A stretch of 64,000 nucleotides of DNA. It comes from Lingula anatina (lineage: Eukaryota; Animalia; Brachiopoda). Made by a program: the position numbers and the translations under genes. Under the pieces are notes generated by a model. The model made no database searches. It worked only from the letters and a program-made list of their open reading frames with translations, and was not told where the DNA came from. Positions 13,101 to 24,810 of this stretch are shown piece after piece (the first letter of the stretch is position 1; every line of letters starts with the position of its first letter). Location of the stretch: assembly GCA_051362555.1 (NCBI GenBank), contig CM120644.1, positions 9,556,954 through 9,620,953 on the forward strand, in the 5' to 3' direction.

Positions 13101-16100
13101 TGGGCAAATGACAAAATTTTTTTAAAACAGGTGGATTCTATGGCCATTTTTGCTGCTGAACACAAATATGACAATATTTTTTACCAAAGCTAAAGATTTA
13201 TATCGGTATCTGCTATTTGTTTGTGAAAAAAGGCGGGAAATGGCTTTTTGGCCATATTTTCCCAGTAAAGTACATAAAAATGATGTGTAATATGTATTTC
13301 TATATGTTTTGAGGGTTGCTGAGTTCAAATATGAGCATATTCAAGACATTGGCAATATTGTTAGGGTGACATCTGTAAAAATATGTTATTTAAAACAAAC
13401 ATATACATAAAATACACACTTCGAGCCTAAGATAAATATAAATAATGGGCATTATGTACATACTGAATTCATGGATTACAGTTTGGTATAAAAACAATGC
13501 TGAAAATACCTTTATGGATGTGTACCAACAAATTTTATGCTGTATAATTTTCCTTTTCTTCAGAACAGCTAAAACTTTGTCAGGTGACATCAACCTCTTA
13601 CAACCTCTAAGCTCTTGACCTTGGAATAGTACTTAGTTTCAGTTGTGTAGTTTAAGAGTATCTCACCACAACCATGAAAGCATCAACAAGAAATACACTG
13701 AGACCAGAAGGCACTGTAAAGCCCCCTGTCACACTTATTTGGAATCTGAAGTAATCAAGCAGAAAGAGCCATAATGAAGAATTTTCAAAATTTGCGCCAC
13801 ATTCGTTGGGTAATATCAAATTGACCTTAATTCCAGCAAGAATACCTCAGAATGCGCTTCGAACCCAACTGGAATGATTCGTGCGCATTTCGGTTGTATT
13901 GTATTAGCTCTCAAATGCAGCTCGAATGTAGTTGGAACACATTAGGAATATCGTTAATGCTAATGCCGTTCACCCTAAATATAGTGAGAATATTTAGAAT
14001 GCACTTCAAATGCCATACAAGTGTGGTTTGATTGTTGGCTGAATCCCAGCCTGCAATCAAGATGCATTCGAGTTGCATTCCTGCTCATTGGAGGCACACT
14101 GTGGAACATTCTGACAAGATTTGAAGCGCCTTGCCATTTCGGTTCTCCCTCGAATGTGATCAAAATGTTTCGAATGCTGTTGGAATTTCGTAAGAATTTT
14201 AAGAATGCGCTCATAGTGCAGTTAGAATACACTTGAATGCCATTCGATATTTTTCCACTTGCAATGCACTTCGAAAGTTTTGAGAATGAGCAAAACATTT
14301 TAACAGGACACAAGAATGGACCCAAACATTTAGAATGCGCTTAGAATTTTAAGATACTTCAAATATCCAGGAACAAACAAGAAATTTTTATTCCGACTAC
14401 ATTCTAACTCATTCCGCCTATAGTGTGACTAGGTTATAAATGAAGACAATAAAGATATTGTCACCGTTCACCCAAAACTCCTTATTTACTGCCTTACATA
14501 CATTCTTTTCGGTGATAAATAAATTTTCAGTGTTCAGTGATTACATTAATTAACATTTACACATGTCATCTTACGTGGATGGTATAATTGCAGTTTGGGG
14601 GTAAAAACTGAAAAATCGGTTTCTCAAATGTCTGTTTTACCTGAACACCCATGATCACTATTTCAAAGCGAATTTAATGACACCATTTAGTACCCCAAAA
14701 CCCTGCCAGCGATTTTTTTAAAGCCTTAGTTCAGATCTGATCGTTGATAAAGCAAAATAATACCATTGTTTTTAGAAGATTGGTCATTACGGACTAATGA
14801 CTCCATAACAAAAGCAATTAAATCATAACGTTGGCATGGAATAGTAGCTCATGCCCTTGTGGTCCATTGGCCAATCCTTGTGATAAAATCTTGTTCAGGG
14901 ATGAAGTTATGCCCCATGTGCATTGCTAACTAATCTCAAAAAAGAAAGCTGTTAAATAGATGATTAAAGCTTTGCGTTGCTTATGCTTATACATTGCAAC
15001 GAAAAAATATAAACGCCATTATTTCATATTTTCAAGAGTTTTTGCATTGTTTCAAAGCAGCACAAAGACAGATACATTATTGAATAATTAGATGCAGAAA
15101 AAAACTCATTTTCGGTATCTGGATGGTAATAAAGAGTAACAATATCCTTAATGCTCTGCTACTGAGTGTTCTACTGTAAATATTCCCATATGTAACTAAC
15201 ATTATGCTATTCTTTATGTCAAAACTTTTCAGTTTCATGTGATCCTTGAACAATACTGACCATATTTGTTGTATTATTGTTTTTCCTAATTTAAAATCCA
15301 CAGTTGCATATAAACATTTGTATTTATGTACACAGAAATGGTGATTTTGGGGTGATTTTTACCTCAAATTGACCAAAAAATCCTCTTTTTAACCCAAAAT
15401 GAAGTGACCCAACCAAAATGATGTATCTATTTATGCTCATTGATCATGAAATCGTATGGTTAGACATATAAAAAGCCATGTTTGAACTGATATTTAAAGA
15501 TTTACATGAGAAATATGTGATTTGAGGGAGCGTTTGGTGGCCATTTTGAAAAATCACCTGATACCAATATCAGATGTAATTTAAAATGAAAATACTTATT
15601 AGATTTGTATTCAGCAGCCAAAATGGCCATAGAATCCACTTGTCTGAAATTAAATTTCCCAAAAAAGCTTTCATTTGCCCACCCCTAGATAACACAAAGT
15701 TTCAGTGAAAGTCAAATATACTGAACAAAAATATAAACGCACTAAACTAAAATGGTCAGTTGAAATGGATAACCATGAAATATGCCCAGGTTGATGGATT
15801 ATTTGTGAACTGATGGATTTGTTTTGATCAATTATAGTGGTCTGGTCTCACTTGGCCGCTCCCCGTGAGTATCCTCAAAGGTTCAGTTTTTACACCCATA
15901 AAACTAATGGAGCATGACGGAGTAGAGATCAATCTGCAAGACCAATACACAGACACTCTCTACCGTACCGGCAATAAAAGGACACACCAAAATGTGTATT
16001 TCTGCCACTTGTCAACATGCCACAGATGTCTGGAACCATGAGGGAGCATGCCATCAGCATGCTCAATACAGGCTTGTCAGTAACAGAAGTTGCAGCATGC

Positions 16101-19100
16101 CTGAATGTGCATCGTTCCACTGTCAGCCGTCTGGGAACACGCTTCAGAGACACTGCATTGCATTAGGAACCACCCTTATGCACCATGTTGCCCAACAAAC
16201 ACCTGTGGAATGTTCTGGATCAGAGTTTTCAGCCATCATGTTCCAGCTCTCGAGAATGTTCGCCAACTGCGAGTAGCAGAAGGAATGGGATAATATCCCT
16301 TAGGCCTCTATTGACAACTTAGTGATGTCCATGCGCCGCTGGTGTACTGCTCTGCACAAATTTAATGGTGTCTGTAAACTCAGGATGTTGACCCCCATGG
16401 TGTATTTGATGCCCTAACTCTTGGACTATGCATTTAAACTTCCCCTAATGCTCTCAAAGTGATGTCGATTTGTCGAGAAAAATATGCTGTTAATTTTGGC
16501 TATATACTCTAGTTCCATATATGAAAATAAATCTACATATTCTTTCGTGCGTTTATATTTTGTTCAGTATATTAATAGCAATGCAAGCTGACATGAAGGA
16601 CGTAATATTTATCTTACAAGTACATGTACACGGAACAAAATACTGATGGTGATGCATTTTCGCATTTTGTTACCGCTATTTCTTTAATTTTACTTCTAAA
16701 AATGACTAGTCTCCCAATGTTTTGAGTGTTACCTTTCTTTCACTTCCTTCTCGTCCCCCAGCACACAAAGTAAACGAAATCTCGTATCCACATTCCAAAG
16801 GAACGGGTGCCTGTTAACAAAAGGTGTACACATACTAATTGAACATATGTCATTTAACATATAAATGAATAATTTACCAAACAACATTTCTTAAAGATTT
16901 CAATGTGTTGCAAATTTCTATTTTAAAACGGAAGGTAAATAAAACACAAATATAACTTACGCCAGTGCCTCATCAATGGTCGGTCTCAGCTCGGGGTCTG
17001 GCTGCAGCATCCAGTCCAATAAATGTCTCCCGACGATGTCGTCCAAGGCTGAGAGGTCATGTTTTCCCTCTTGAACGTTCTTGTTACACAGAAACACGTC
17101 GTCCTCACCATTGGGCATAAATGGATGTTTGCCACCTGTTAGTGTGTAGTAGACTAACATCCCAGCCACCTGCAAGGGAAACAGAACAATAAACAGTTTA
17201 ATGAATTAAATTTTGAGACATGTACCTAGTTTTTTCGTAATGCAAAGTTCCTCAATAGCTACAGAAAGCTCCTTTCCGTGGGCGTAATTGTCAAAATCAA
17301 ATTAATCATGCTTCATGGTTGTTAACTAATCTACTTCAATAATACATATATATATATATTATATCATCCTAATTATATTTTTTTAATCTAATGTATCCTG
17401 TAATTTTTTTTGTTCTATTTTTTTTTTACCTGGATATCCGCATTTTTCTTGTATTTCACTTGTCTTTTGGAGCTATCCAATATCTCTTTTGCTACCCAGT
17501 GGTATGTTCCTCAATATACAACAAAGATATCTCAACCATGATTGGACAGTTGCGAATAAAAATAGATATTCAAACTTGGTATTTTAAAGACCTTAAAGTA
17601 ACTGTAAATTGGCAATGAGTAATATAGTGGTGGGCTTCCATTCATTTTTCTTCTACAGTCAAATATCTCCTGCATGACTCGGAATTTAAGATCACTGCAC
17701 TTTACCCAAAACATCTTCCAAGATAGGCGGGCAAACAGAGACAGAGAAACACAAAGTGACAAAAACATTATACCTTTAGCAGTAGTGTAGAAAGTGCTCT
17801 GGTCATCCGGGAGGACCACACTTATACCAAAGTCAGATAACTTTGCCCGGCAGTTGACATCTATAAGAACGTTAAGGGGCTGAAGTGACAAAGTACGTAA
17901 AGAAACTTTAGTCTCTTAGTCTGTTGTGTATTTTTCAGTTTTTATCCAATCTCTACTAGGATGAAACATTTGACATTAAAATTCATTTGCAACTAAGAAA
18001 AATGCCTCAATTAGTATTTCAAGAATAATCTGTGTTAAAGCCCAATAAATAGCTGTCAACTGAAAAGGTACTTACCTTGATATCCATGTGGATAACGTTA
18101 TGTCCGGTGTGTAAGGTTCTAAGGCTCTCCAAGATTTGCCCTACGAGATCTCGGGAGATTTTAGTCTGGTTTTGTTTGTACTCGTCTGTAGATATGAATT
18201 CATTGAGGGTAAACTCCCCAAGCTCAAGAACCAGGTACAGGAACTCGTCGTCCATGGCAATATCATAGTATCGGATAATATTTGGGGAATCCAATGTAGT
18301 TAACACGCCTTTCTCGTTCTTGAAGTTTTGTAACATGGACCTTGGGAATCTTTTCACGGCAACCTCTCTGCCATCATGCCGAATACCCAGAAACACTTCA
18401 GTTTTGTTCCCTCTGAATAGAATACACATAATAACTGATTTGAGGAAACTTTAACAAGTGTAACTAGTAGTGAAGACCCCTGTCCCGGTCAATGCATTCA
18501 ATGAAAAAATATTCGGTACAAACTAGATCGTTAATTGTCATTTATATGTCATTATAGAAATACAATAATGGAACACACACCTTAATCTACAACATCAAAA
18601 TAAGATATTATTACTATAGCACACAACACAGCCCAACCATTTCCAAACCAAAATATATATCATTCCAATTTCTTGTAATAACAACCATCAAACCGCATTA
18701 GGAGTATAACTGTTTTGAAGGGCACCATAATTAAATTGAAAATTAAGTTAATATTGAATAAATGCAGCACACTTCACTGTATACTTACGATCCAATCTTA
18801 AACTTGTCGATCTTTGTGCTGAAACATACGTTATTCACCTCTTTCAAGTTCCCGTCGTTAACCTGCAAAAGTTTGTCAAACAAAGACTTCCATCTGACAC
18901 TGACAGATGTCCTGTTTGCCGAATATTTTATGGCAATCTGTTCCTTCAGATAGATTGGACTACTGGACGGTACTATATAATCACAGAGCAGTCCGTCGCT
19001 GGCTAAATCGTTTCCACCAATTTGTAAGATCTGGTGTGCAACAGGTATGCCTTCTTCTGCCTCAATTTTACTTTTCAGAAACGCCACGTTGTTATTTGGT

Positions 19101-20988
19101 GAAACTTGATAGTCTCTCCAAGTATTGTTAGGCAGCAGTATTGGTACTTTCCATGGTTGCTTGGTAAGAATGATGTCCATTTCATCTTCCATTTTGGAGG
19201 TCAAACATTCGGCCAACATCTTCTCGTCACTAAGAACATTGCCATTAAAACTAAGGTGCTGTTCAAGCCGGTGAATACCTGTGTTACCCGCCAGCATCTG
19301 TTTTACTTCGCCGAGGTCTCTGCTTGCCAACAGAGTGTATTTATAGTTTTGTGCGCCATGTGCTATGGAAACTGTTACTGACCAGTCAACAGTCACAACT
19401 GACCCTTCTTGGAGACCATACTCCTTCAAACATTTGTCGCTCCCGAGTTGTGTCCCTGCGTAAATGAAAATAACTGTTCCCAGAAAGTTCTTTGACAGAG
19501 CATTCACTGTGTCCGTTGGGGATACTCTGACCGACATTTGGGTGTTCTGTCCTATTATCTTTAACACGACTTGGAATGAAATAGACACCTTCACCTTACG
19601 TAGACAAAAGAGTGGTGCCTTTTTATCGCACTCGCTCAATTCTTGAAGTGTATGTCTTCCTACCCACTGGACGACTATAAGGGATTTATCCTTACATGTA
19701 CGTATTGCTTTTGGTTTAAGATCAATCATATTAAAAAAATCTCCGACGGTAAGAAAGGGATCCCAAGATTGTTCTTCAAGGCTGTCATCGGCAAATTGAA
19801 CAAGAACTCTATGTGAGGAATAGGTGACCGTAAACTCTACTAGTGGGTCTGTTCCAAAGTTAATGTCATAATCCCAGAAGGTTTTGTCTTCGTCAAGATT
19901 ATATGATTCGCCCGGCATAAGACCTTGACATACATTTACGTAAGAAAGGGGTAGATTTACAAGTTCAATGACTCTGTTCTTTATAACTCGAACCTTATCC
20001 GTGCGTTTAAGGGGCATGCGCAGACTCTGTCCGTCTGGCAGATGAACAGGTATAAAATGAAAATCTTCTAACAGGTTAGTATTGAGTAATACAGGCTCTG
20101 ATATGCATACGCACCTCTGAAAGGAAAATATATTCAGTATCACATGCATGATATGCTTTAGTAGATGAATACAATTGGTCCAGATTGAAGAAAAGTATTA
20201 GAATATTTACTACACTTTATATTTCTTTCTTTGGATAGTTCTTTCTTAATCTGTATTGTTTAACTTGTCTATTTTCTCATTTTACTTATTACTTATTCAC
20301 TACGTGATGATCAATATGATATGATCGTTGCACTTTTTGGTATCATTTAAATATCGTTACGTTTCCCTCACAACAGTAGTTCATGTAAGCATTTGGAAGA
20401 AGCATATATATTTAACGTTAACCGGTTACAATGACTGCGGGTACAGACGATACTGTATAGAAAAAAGCAATAAACAGAAATAAAAAATACCGAGAAACAA
20501 TTTTGGCAACAATCAGAAAACCAATCTTTACATCCCCCTTGACATAACTCGCAGTCGTCGTAGTCCTTGCAACAACGACACAGACTGCAATAATAATCAA
20601 TTTCCAGGCGGCCGCGTAACGAAATCCATAAACTTATCAGGAAACACAACCCAAATGGAATGCTACTCAGGGAAGCGGTTATGACGACAACTTCGATTAT
20701 TGTGAGCGGGGTCCCGGTAGAAGAAACCGTGGCTTGGGTGGCGTTGCCAATATTGTTGTTGTTGGTCGTGTCTGATTGGTATTTGTTGGATATTGGCGAG
20801 GTTTCCGCGACAGTAGGCGTGGTCTCAGTGATGTTGCCGCTGCTATGTTTTTGAGAGACCGATCCATTTCCGATAGTGGGCGTTGTTGCTGTCCCATTTC
20901 TCGGGTAATTGATATCAGATGCTGTGACTTGGGGTGTTATAACTACCAAAATAGCGGTTATACTGCACAACACGCCACACATATCCAT
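7024..20988 (-). CDS. Membrane-anchored, multi-ubiquitin-like, IRE1/RNase L-family kinase-ribonuclease (KEN); 10 coding exons, ~1000 aa
   Basis: Exons 20988-20491, 20116-18789, 18412-18076, 17879-17774, 17509-17430, 17169-16961, 16810-16733, 12855-12777, 7796-7675, 7189-7024; all GT-AG, phases 0,2,0,1,0,2,2,0,2; total 3003 nt with no internal stop. Kinase motifs VAVK, HMDIKPLN, DFG; KEN motif LLRFLRNVDVH. Exon-1 donor is uncertain. Confidence 0.8.
7675..7796 (-). CDS. Exon 9: KEN catalytic segment
   Basis: KDLLDQAVYDKIAKPIRNGYRSTICGLLRFLRNVDVHLKD vs RNase L YQNTVGDLLKFIRNLGEHI; tttacag|AAG, CA|GTAAGA. Confidence 0.9.
8520..12400 (+). mobile_element. Degenerate L1/Tx1-clade LINE in intron 8, antisense to the host gene
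   Basis: Coiled-coil ORF1 remnant ~8659-9590; endonuclease start IKIVSCNCQGLG at ~9955; RWVEEGEKPTKYF, KSPGSDG, QSGFLAGRYIGEN, IDLEKAFDSVDW, LQWFQYRIIHR; A-rich tail ~12389-12400; many frameshifts; 5' end approximate. Confidence 0.9.
12777..12855 (-). CDS. Exon 8: KEN domain
   Basis: tttcag|T TGG..; (S)WKQQSHSLTSTLDGLTVSVFNTVAHW; TGG|GTACGT; phases 2->0 bridge exons 7 and 9 and supply the conserved KEN Trp. Confidence 0.75.
13095..15687. mobile_element. Non-autonomous TIR DNA transposon (TAGGGGTGGGC termini; superfamily unresolved, hAT-like end)
   Basis: ctaggggtgggcaaatga / tcatttgcccacccctag; subterminal inverted ggattctatggccattttgctgctgaa; CTAG or TA at both junctions. Confidence 0.8.
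13720..14435. mobile_element. Harbinger-like MITE rich in GAATG/CATTC, nested in the 13095-15687 element
   Basis: Loose TIRs agccccctgtcacact / agtgtgactaggtt; related copy at ~27746-28385. Confidence 0.6.
15719..16569 (+). mobile_element. Internally deleted Tc1/mariner
   Basis: TIRs tactgaacaaaaatataaacgca / tgcgtttatatttt(t)gttcagta with TA TSD; N-terminal HTH MPQMSGTMREHAISMLNTGLSVTEVAACLNVHRSTVSRL from 16017; HLWNVLDQ and SMRRWCTA remnants; DDE core missing. Confidence 0.88.
16733..16810 (-). CDS. Exon 7: kinase end and KEN start
   Basis: HPFLWNVDTRFRLLCVLGDEKEVKE (cf. HPFFW in IRE1 and RNase L); taacag|G, AG|GTAACA. Confidence 0.88.
16961..17169 (-). CDS. Exon 6: kinase C-lobe
   Basis: VAGMLVYYTLTGGKHPF..LLDWMLQPDPELRPTIDEAL, matching the IRE1/RNase L-type YY.L..G.HPF motif; ttgcag|GTG, GC|GTAAGT. 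Confidence 0.92.
17430..17509 (-). CDS. Exon 5: kinase subdomains VIII-IX (absent from the ORF track)
   Basis: (G)TYHWVAKEILDSSKRQVKYKKNADIQ; ttgag|GA phase 1, CAG|GTAAAA phase 0. Confidence 0.88.
17774..17879 (-). CDS. Exon 4: kinase PLN..DFG/activation segment
   Basis: PLNVLIDVNCRAKLSDFGISVVLPDDQSTFYTTAKG; cttcag|CCC, G|GTATAA. Confidence 0.92.
18076..18412 (-). CDS. Exon 3: kinase N-lobe to catalytic loop
   Basis: (IGS)GNKTEVFLGIRHDGREVAVKRF..KNE..IIRYYD..LYLVLELGEFTL..VIHMDIK; ttcag|A acceptor, AAG|GTAAGT donor. Confidence 0.92.
18789..20116 (-). CDS. Exon 2: about five tandem ubiquitin-like domains plus pre-kinase helix
   Basis: Acceptor tcctttcag|AGG; VSPNNNVAFLKSKIEAEEGIPVAHQILQIGGNDLASDGLLCDY and VSPTDTV..FIYAGTQLGSDKCLKEYGLQEGSVV resemble ubiquitin [51 protein letters not shown]; donor TC|GTAAGT. 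Confidence 0.88.
20491..20988 (-). CDS. Exon 1: signal peptide, N-glycosylated S/T-rich stalk, TM helix, Cys-rich juxtamembrane segment
   Basis: Acceptor attttcag at 21004-21003; ATG 20988; sequons NGT, NGS, NIT, NAT; hydrophobic IIEVVVITASLSSIPFGLCFLISLWISL; CSLCRCCKDYDDCELCQGGCKDWFSDCCQNC; candidate phase-0 donor TCG|GTATTT. Confidence 0.65.
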
Positions 20989-22639
20989 TGATTTAGATTA
21001 ATCTGAAAATAAGAAAACATATTGCACCAGTAAATATCGTCCGTGTGACAAAATCCAACAAGTTTGTCCTGTGCAAATCAAATGTACATCGTTTTAGTTT
21101 AAAGCAGTTAAATATCGTATAAACAGACCTACAAAATTTGATATTGTCACTGTATAATTCAAGTCCACTATTCATAATTGAATTCCAATATTTCACCCTT
21201 TTATGTTTGAGGCACAATATCGAAGTGCAAATAATTACTATATAAAAACACTACAAATACTTGACTATGACATTGAAAAACGCTGAGTTCAAATGAGCGT
21301 AATTATCACGACAGTTATCACGCTGCTTAACTCTTATAAATGTGTATGACATTTGAATGATTTAATTTCACCCCACTATTTAGAAATGACCTTTCTGATC
21401 CCTTACCCATCACTTTCGTTGTGCCTCAACCCAGCAGGGATAATGTCGTTGGATCAACGTTGAAAACAGGTTGGGACGTTGCATCGCCGTTGATCTACCT
21501 ATATTCAACGTCAAATCAATGTTGATCCAGCCACAGCAAAACGCCGTCATAATGTGACGTTGACTCAACGTTGTATTTTGGTCGTTGACTCAACATTGTT
21601 GTTAGGTCGTCGTGATGCAAGATATGGATCGTAATTTAAGATATTAATTATTGAAAACGTGATACTATGTTTATCAATACTGTAACGAACTTTATCAAAA
21701 TATTAAAATCGGTGCTTTTAAGTAAAAGTAACAGTTGTTTTGTGTCTTTAGTGAACTAGTGAATTTTCTTAACTTGTTATTTAGAAATACATTCCAATAA
21801 ACTTCCTCGCAAGGTCAGCTAACACAAGGATGAATATGTAGCTGTTTGTGTGATGGAGTGGTGTTGACGCTGTTGACAGTTCATAGTACCCTGCTATAGA
21901 TAGATAGACAGGTTGAGGTGACCGTGACTTTCTTATTAACCTTGGAAATCCTAACTTATAGGCCATACATATACACTTTACATATATTTAGCCATCAAAC
22001 GCGTCCTAGTACTGCTAAACACAACCAGTCTTAAAGCATGTAACATGCTTAGGAGCAAAACGTGCTTAGAAGCTAAATGCGTTAAACAAGGCAGCAAAGC
22101 TGTCAAATGTACAGACAAAAAACAGGAAAAAAAGATGCAAAATAGGTCAATTTGTCAATTTTGATGCAATAATAAATGATGCTTATAATAGCACAGTCTG
22201 TCAACAGTGATTTTTAATCATGCACAACAGGTAACATGGTCAATAACAGGAGCAGATCCAGAGATATTTTCTGACAGTATTGCAAAGTATTTATGTTGAT
22301 CCATCCTCCATTTTGATGGTCTTCCAACAGAAAAAAATAGATACCAGTCACTATAAACTTAATAACCTGACTGTTTTCTGGAAGACCCAGGAGATGGTCT
22401 CAATCCACCCCTTCAATAAGATTACAGTTTCAGGACCATGAGAGACCAAAGTCACATGATGAAAGTATCAATATTTGAAAAATGATGACAGTGCATAAAA
22501 TAATATAACATAATGTTTAAAGACATAAAAAACAATACAACTGCTTATGTGGAAATACAGAAAATGAGCAGAGCCTCAGGTGGATGGAAGTTATAAGTCA
22601 CAAATGCCAGTGTTTGAGAAAAAAATTAACAAGGCAGCA

Positions 22640-22785
22640 ATGGTTGGTTATTATTGATTATTGTCCTCTTTGGCCCACTTCTGACAGTTCCTGAAAATTT
22701 CAGCAATATCGGTCCATAACTTTTTGAGTTATGTTGATGACAGACAAACAGGGGTGAAAATATAACCTCCTTGGCAGAGGTAAAT
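22640..22785 (+). mobile_element. Helitron/Helentron-type non-autonomous 3' end fragment
   Basis: aaatttcag..tttttgagttatg..acagacaaac..aaaatataacctccttggcagaggtaa terminal hairpin. Confidence 0.55.
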
Positions 22786-22829
22786 ATAATTCCAATGAAG
22801 CTGCTATTCAAACTTTTAATCTTTGAGTT

Positions 22830-22831
<2 letters not shown>

Positions 22832-22908
<77 letters not shown>

Positions 22909-22936
22909 CAAACTCAAAGATTAAAAGTTGGAATAG

Positions 22937-23010
<74 letters not shown>
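22832..23010. repeat. Two (TA)n tracts; the first is flanked by an inverted duplication
   Basis: (TA)n 22832-22903 and 22939-23010. Confidence 0.95.
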
Positions 23011-23012
<2 letters not shown>

Positions 23013-23639
23013 AAAACTTATTTGCAATATTAAAATTTACCTGCATAATTATCACTGCTTCCTTATTATTAATCTAGCAGAGAGCTTTACCTTTGGGAGT
23101 TTACAGGGAAATATCAACAAGTGTGCTTTATGTAATCTCATTTAATGGCCTATCAATTAGGCAAATTATTTTATAACACTGAAATTAGCTAAGTGATACC
23201 CAAGGGAATTTTACAGACTAACCCTCTCAAAGGTCTTTCAGGCCCATAAGTCAAAACTTAAGAAAAGCACATAACAATAATGCACAAAATAGGAGACTAC
23301 CAATTCTGATGCAATAGTACATTATGTTTAACTGCACAGTCAACATTAAATTTTAATTTTGCACAACAGGTAACACCGATGCAAGTAAAAGCATAAGGCT
23401 TCAGGCCCATCAGAGTTCAAGTTTATGCTTAGAAAGTGCCAGAATGAGAAAAATGAAAAATTCACACAAAATTGCATAAAATTCAATAATAAATGATAAC
23501 CCAATTGACCTGGCTTTCTAATTTGAACTACATGCCAATCCTAAAAATCATACTTATAAGTTAAAAATTATAATAAACACAGTTTTCTTTTCATAATGTT
23601 TGCAGTAGCAGTGCGAAAAGATTATTGTCAATTGTGCTG

Positions 23640-24810
23640 TAACATTACATAATAAATTATAGAATAATTATCACCAATTTTTGATTATTGACTATAAATA
23701 GCATGGACATGTAGAAAATTTGATTACCATACGGCTTCATGTCCATGGGAGCTCCGAGTCCCACAATGAATATACCAAAAAGATAATGAATATTTCACTA
23801 AAATGTATAACTTCCGGAAAAAGAAGCCAATTAGACTGCTTTTCTAACTCGGGCTGCATTTTAGTCATGTGTTTCTTTTTTGAAAGTTTGACAATCATAA
23901 GTTTGACAATCATAAGTAACACGGTTTTCCAATAATGGTCATCATGGCAGCAGCACCAAAAATTGTGTTTTCTTCTATTTTGATGCAACATTACATAATG
24001 CTTAACAGCATAAAGACCATCAATTTTTAATAATAAAATATACGTGTCATGGATTTTCAGAAAATGTGACTAGTATGGGTCTTCAAGCCCGTGGAGGTTC
24101 TAAGTTGCACCTTGAAATTGCCAATAAGTGAAAAATTAAATTTTCACAAAAAAAAACGGTTAAATTGCCAGAAAAATTTACCAAACAGACTGCATTGCCT
24201 ACTAAAGCTGTATGTTAGACCCATGTTTCTTTCCTGTAAGTTTGAGAACAGCAAGCGACATGATTTCCCTTAAATGGTCATCATAGGAGCAGTGCCCTAA
24301 ATAGGGGTTTATTCAAATTTTGATGTAACGTTACATAATGTTTAACAGCATAATAACCATCAAATGTTATTAATAAAATATTAGTAACATGGAAATTCAG
24401 AAAACGTGACAAGCAAAGGTCTTCAGGATCATGGAACTTCAAAGTCACACCTTGAAAATGCCAACATGTGAAAAATTAAATTTTCACAAAAAACGGTTTA
24501 ACTGCCAGAAAAAATTACCAAACAGACTGCATTGCCTACTGAAGTTATATTTTAGTCCCATGTTTCTTTCCTGTAAGTTTGAGAACAGTAAGTGACATGA
24601 TTTTCCTTAAATGGTCATCATGGGAGCAGTGCCCAAAATAGGGGTTTCTTCAAATTTTGATGCAATATTACATAATGTTTAACAGCATAATGACCATCAA
24701 TTTTTAATTATAAAATATTAGTATCACGGATATTCAGAAAATGTGACTAGCAAAGGTCTTCAGGCCCATGGAACTTCAAAGTCACATCTTGAAAATGCCA
24801 AAATGTAAAC
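23640..24810. repeat. ~340-bp tandem repeat
   Basis: ttacataatg(c/t)ttaacagcata at 23991, 24331, 24668; diverged copy ~23647. Confidence 0.85.

Noticed and set aside
16729-18788. In-frame stops immediately after exons 2, 6 and 7, suggesting truncation or a pseudogene
   Set aside because: Phase-2 GTAA donors create TAA automatically; downstream exons continue the frame
7024-20988. Calling the gene IRE1/ERN1 or RNASEL
   Set aside because: No IRE1 luminal domain and no ankyrin repeats; orthology cannot be shown without a phylogeny
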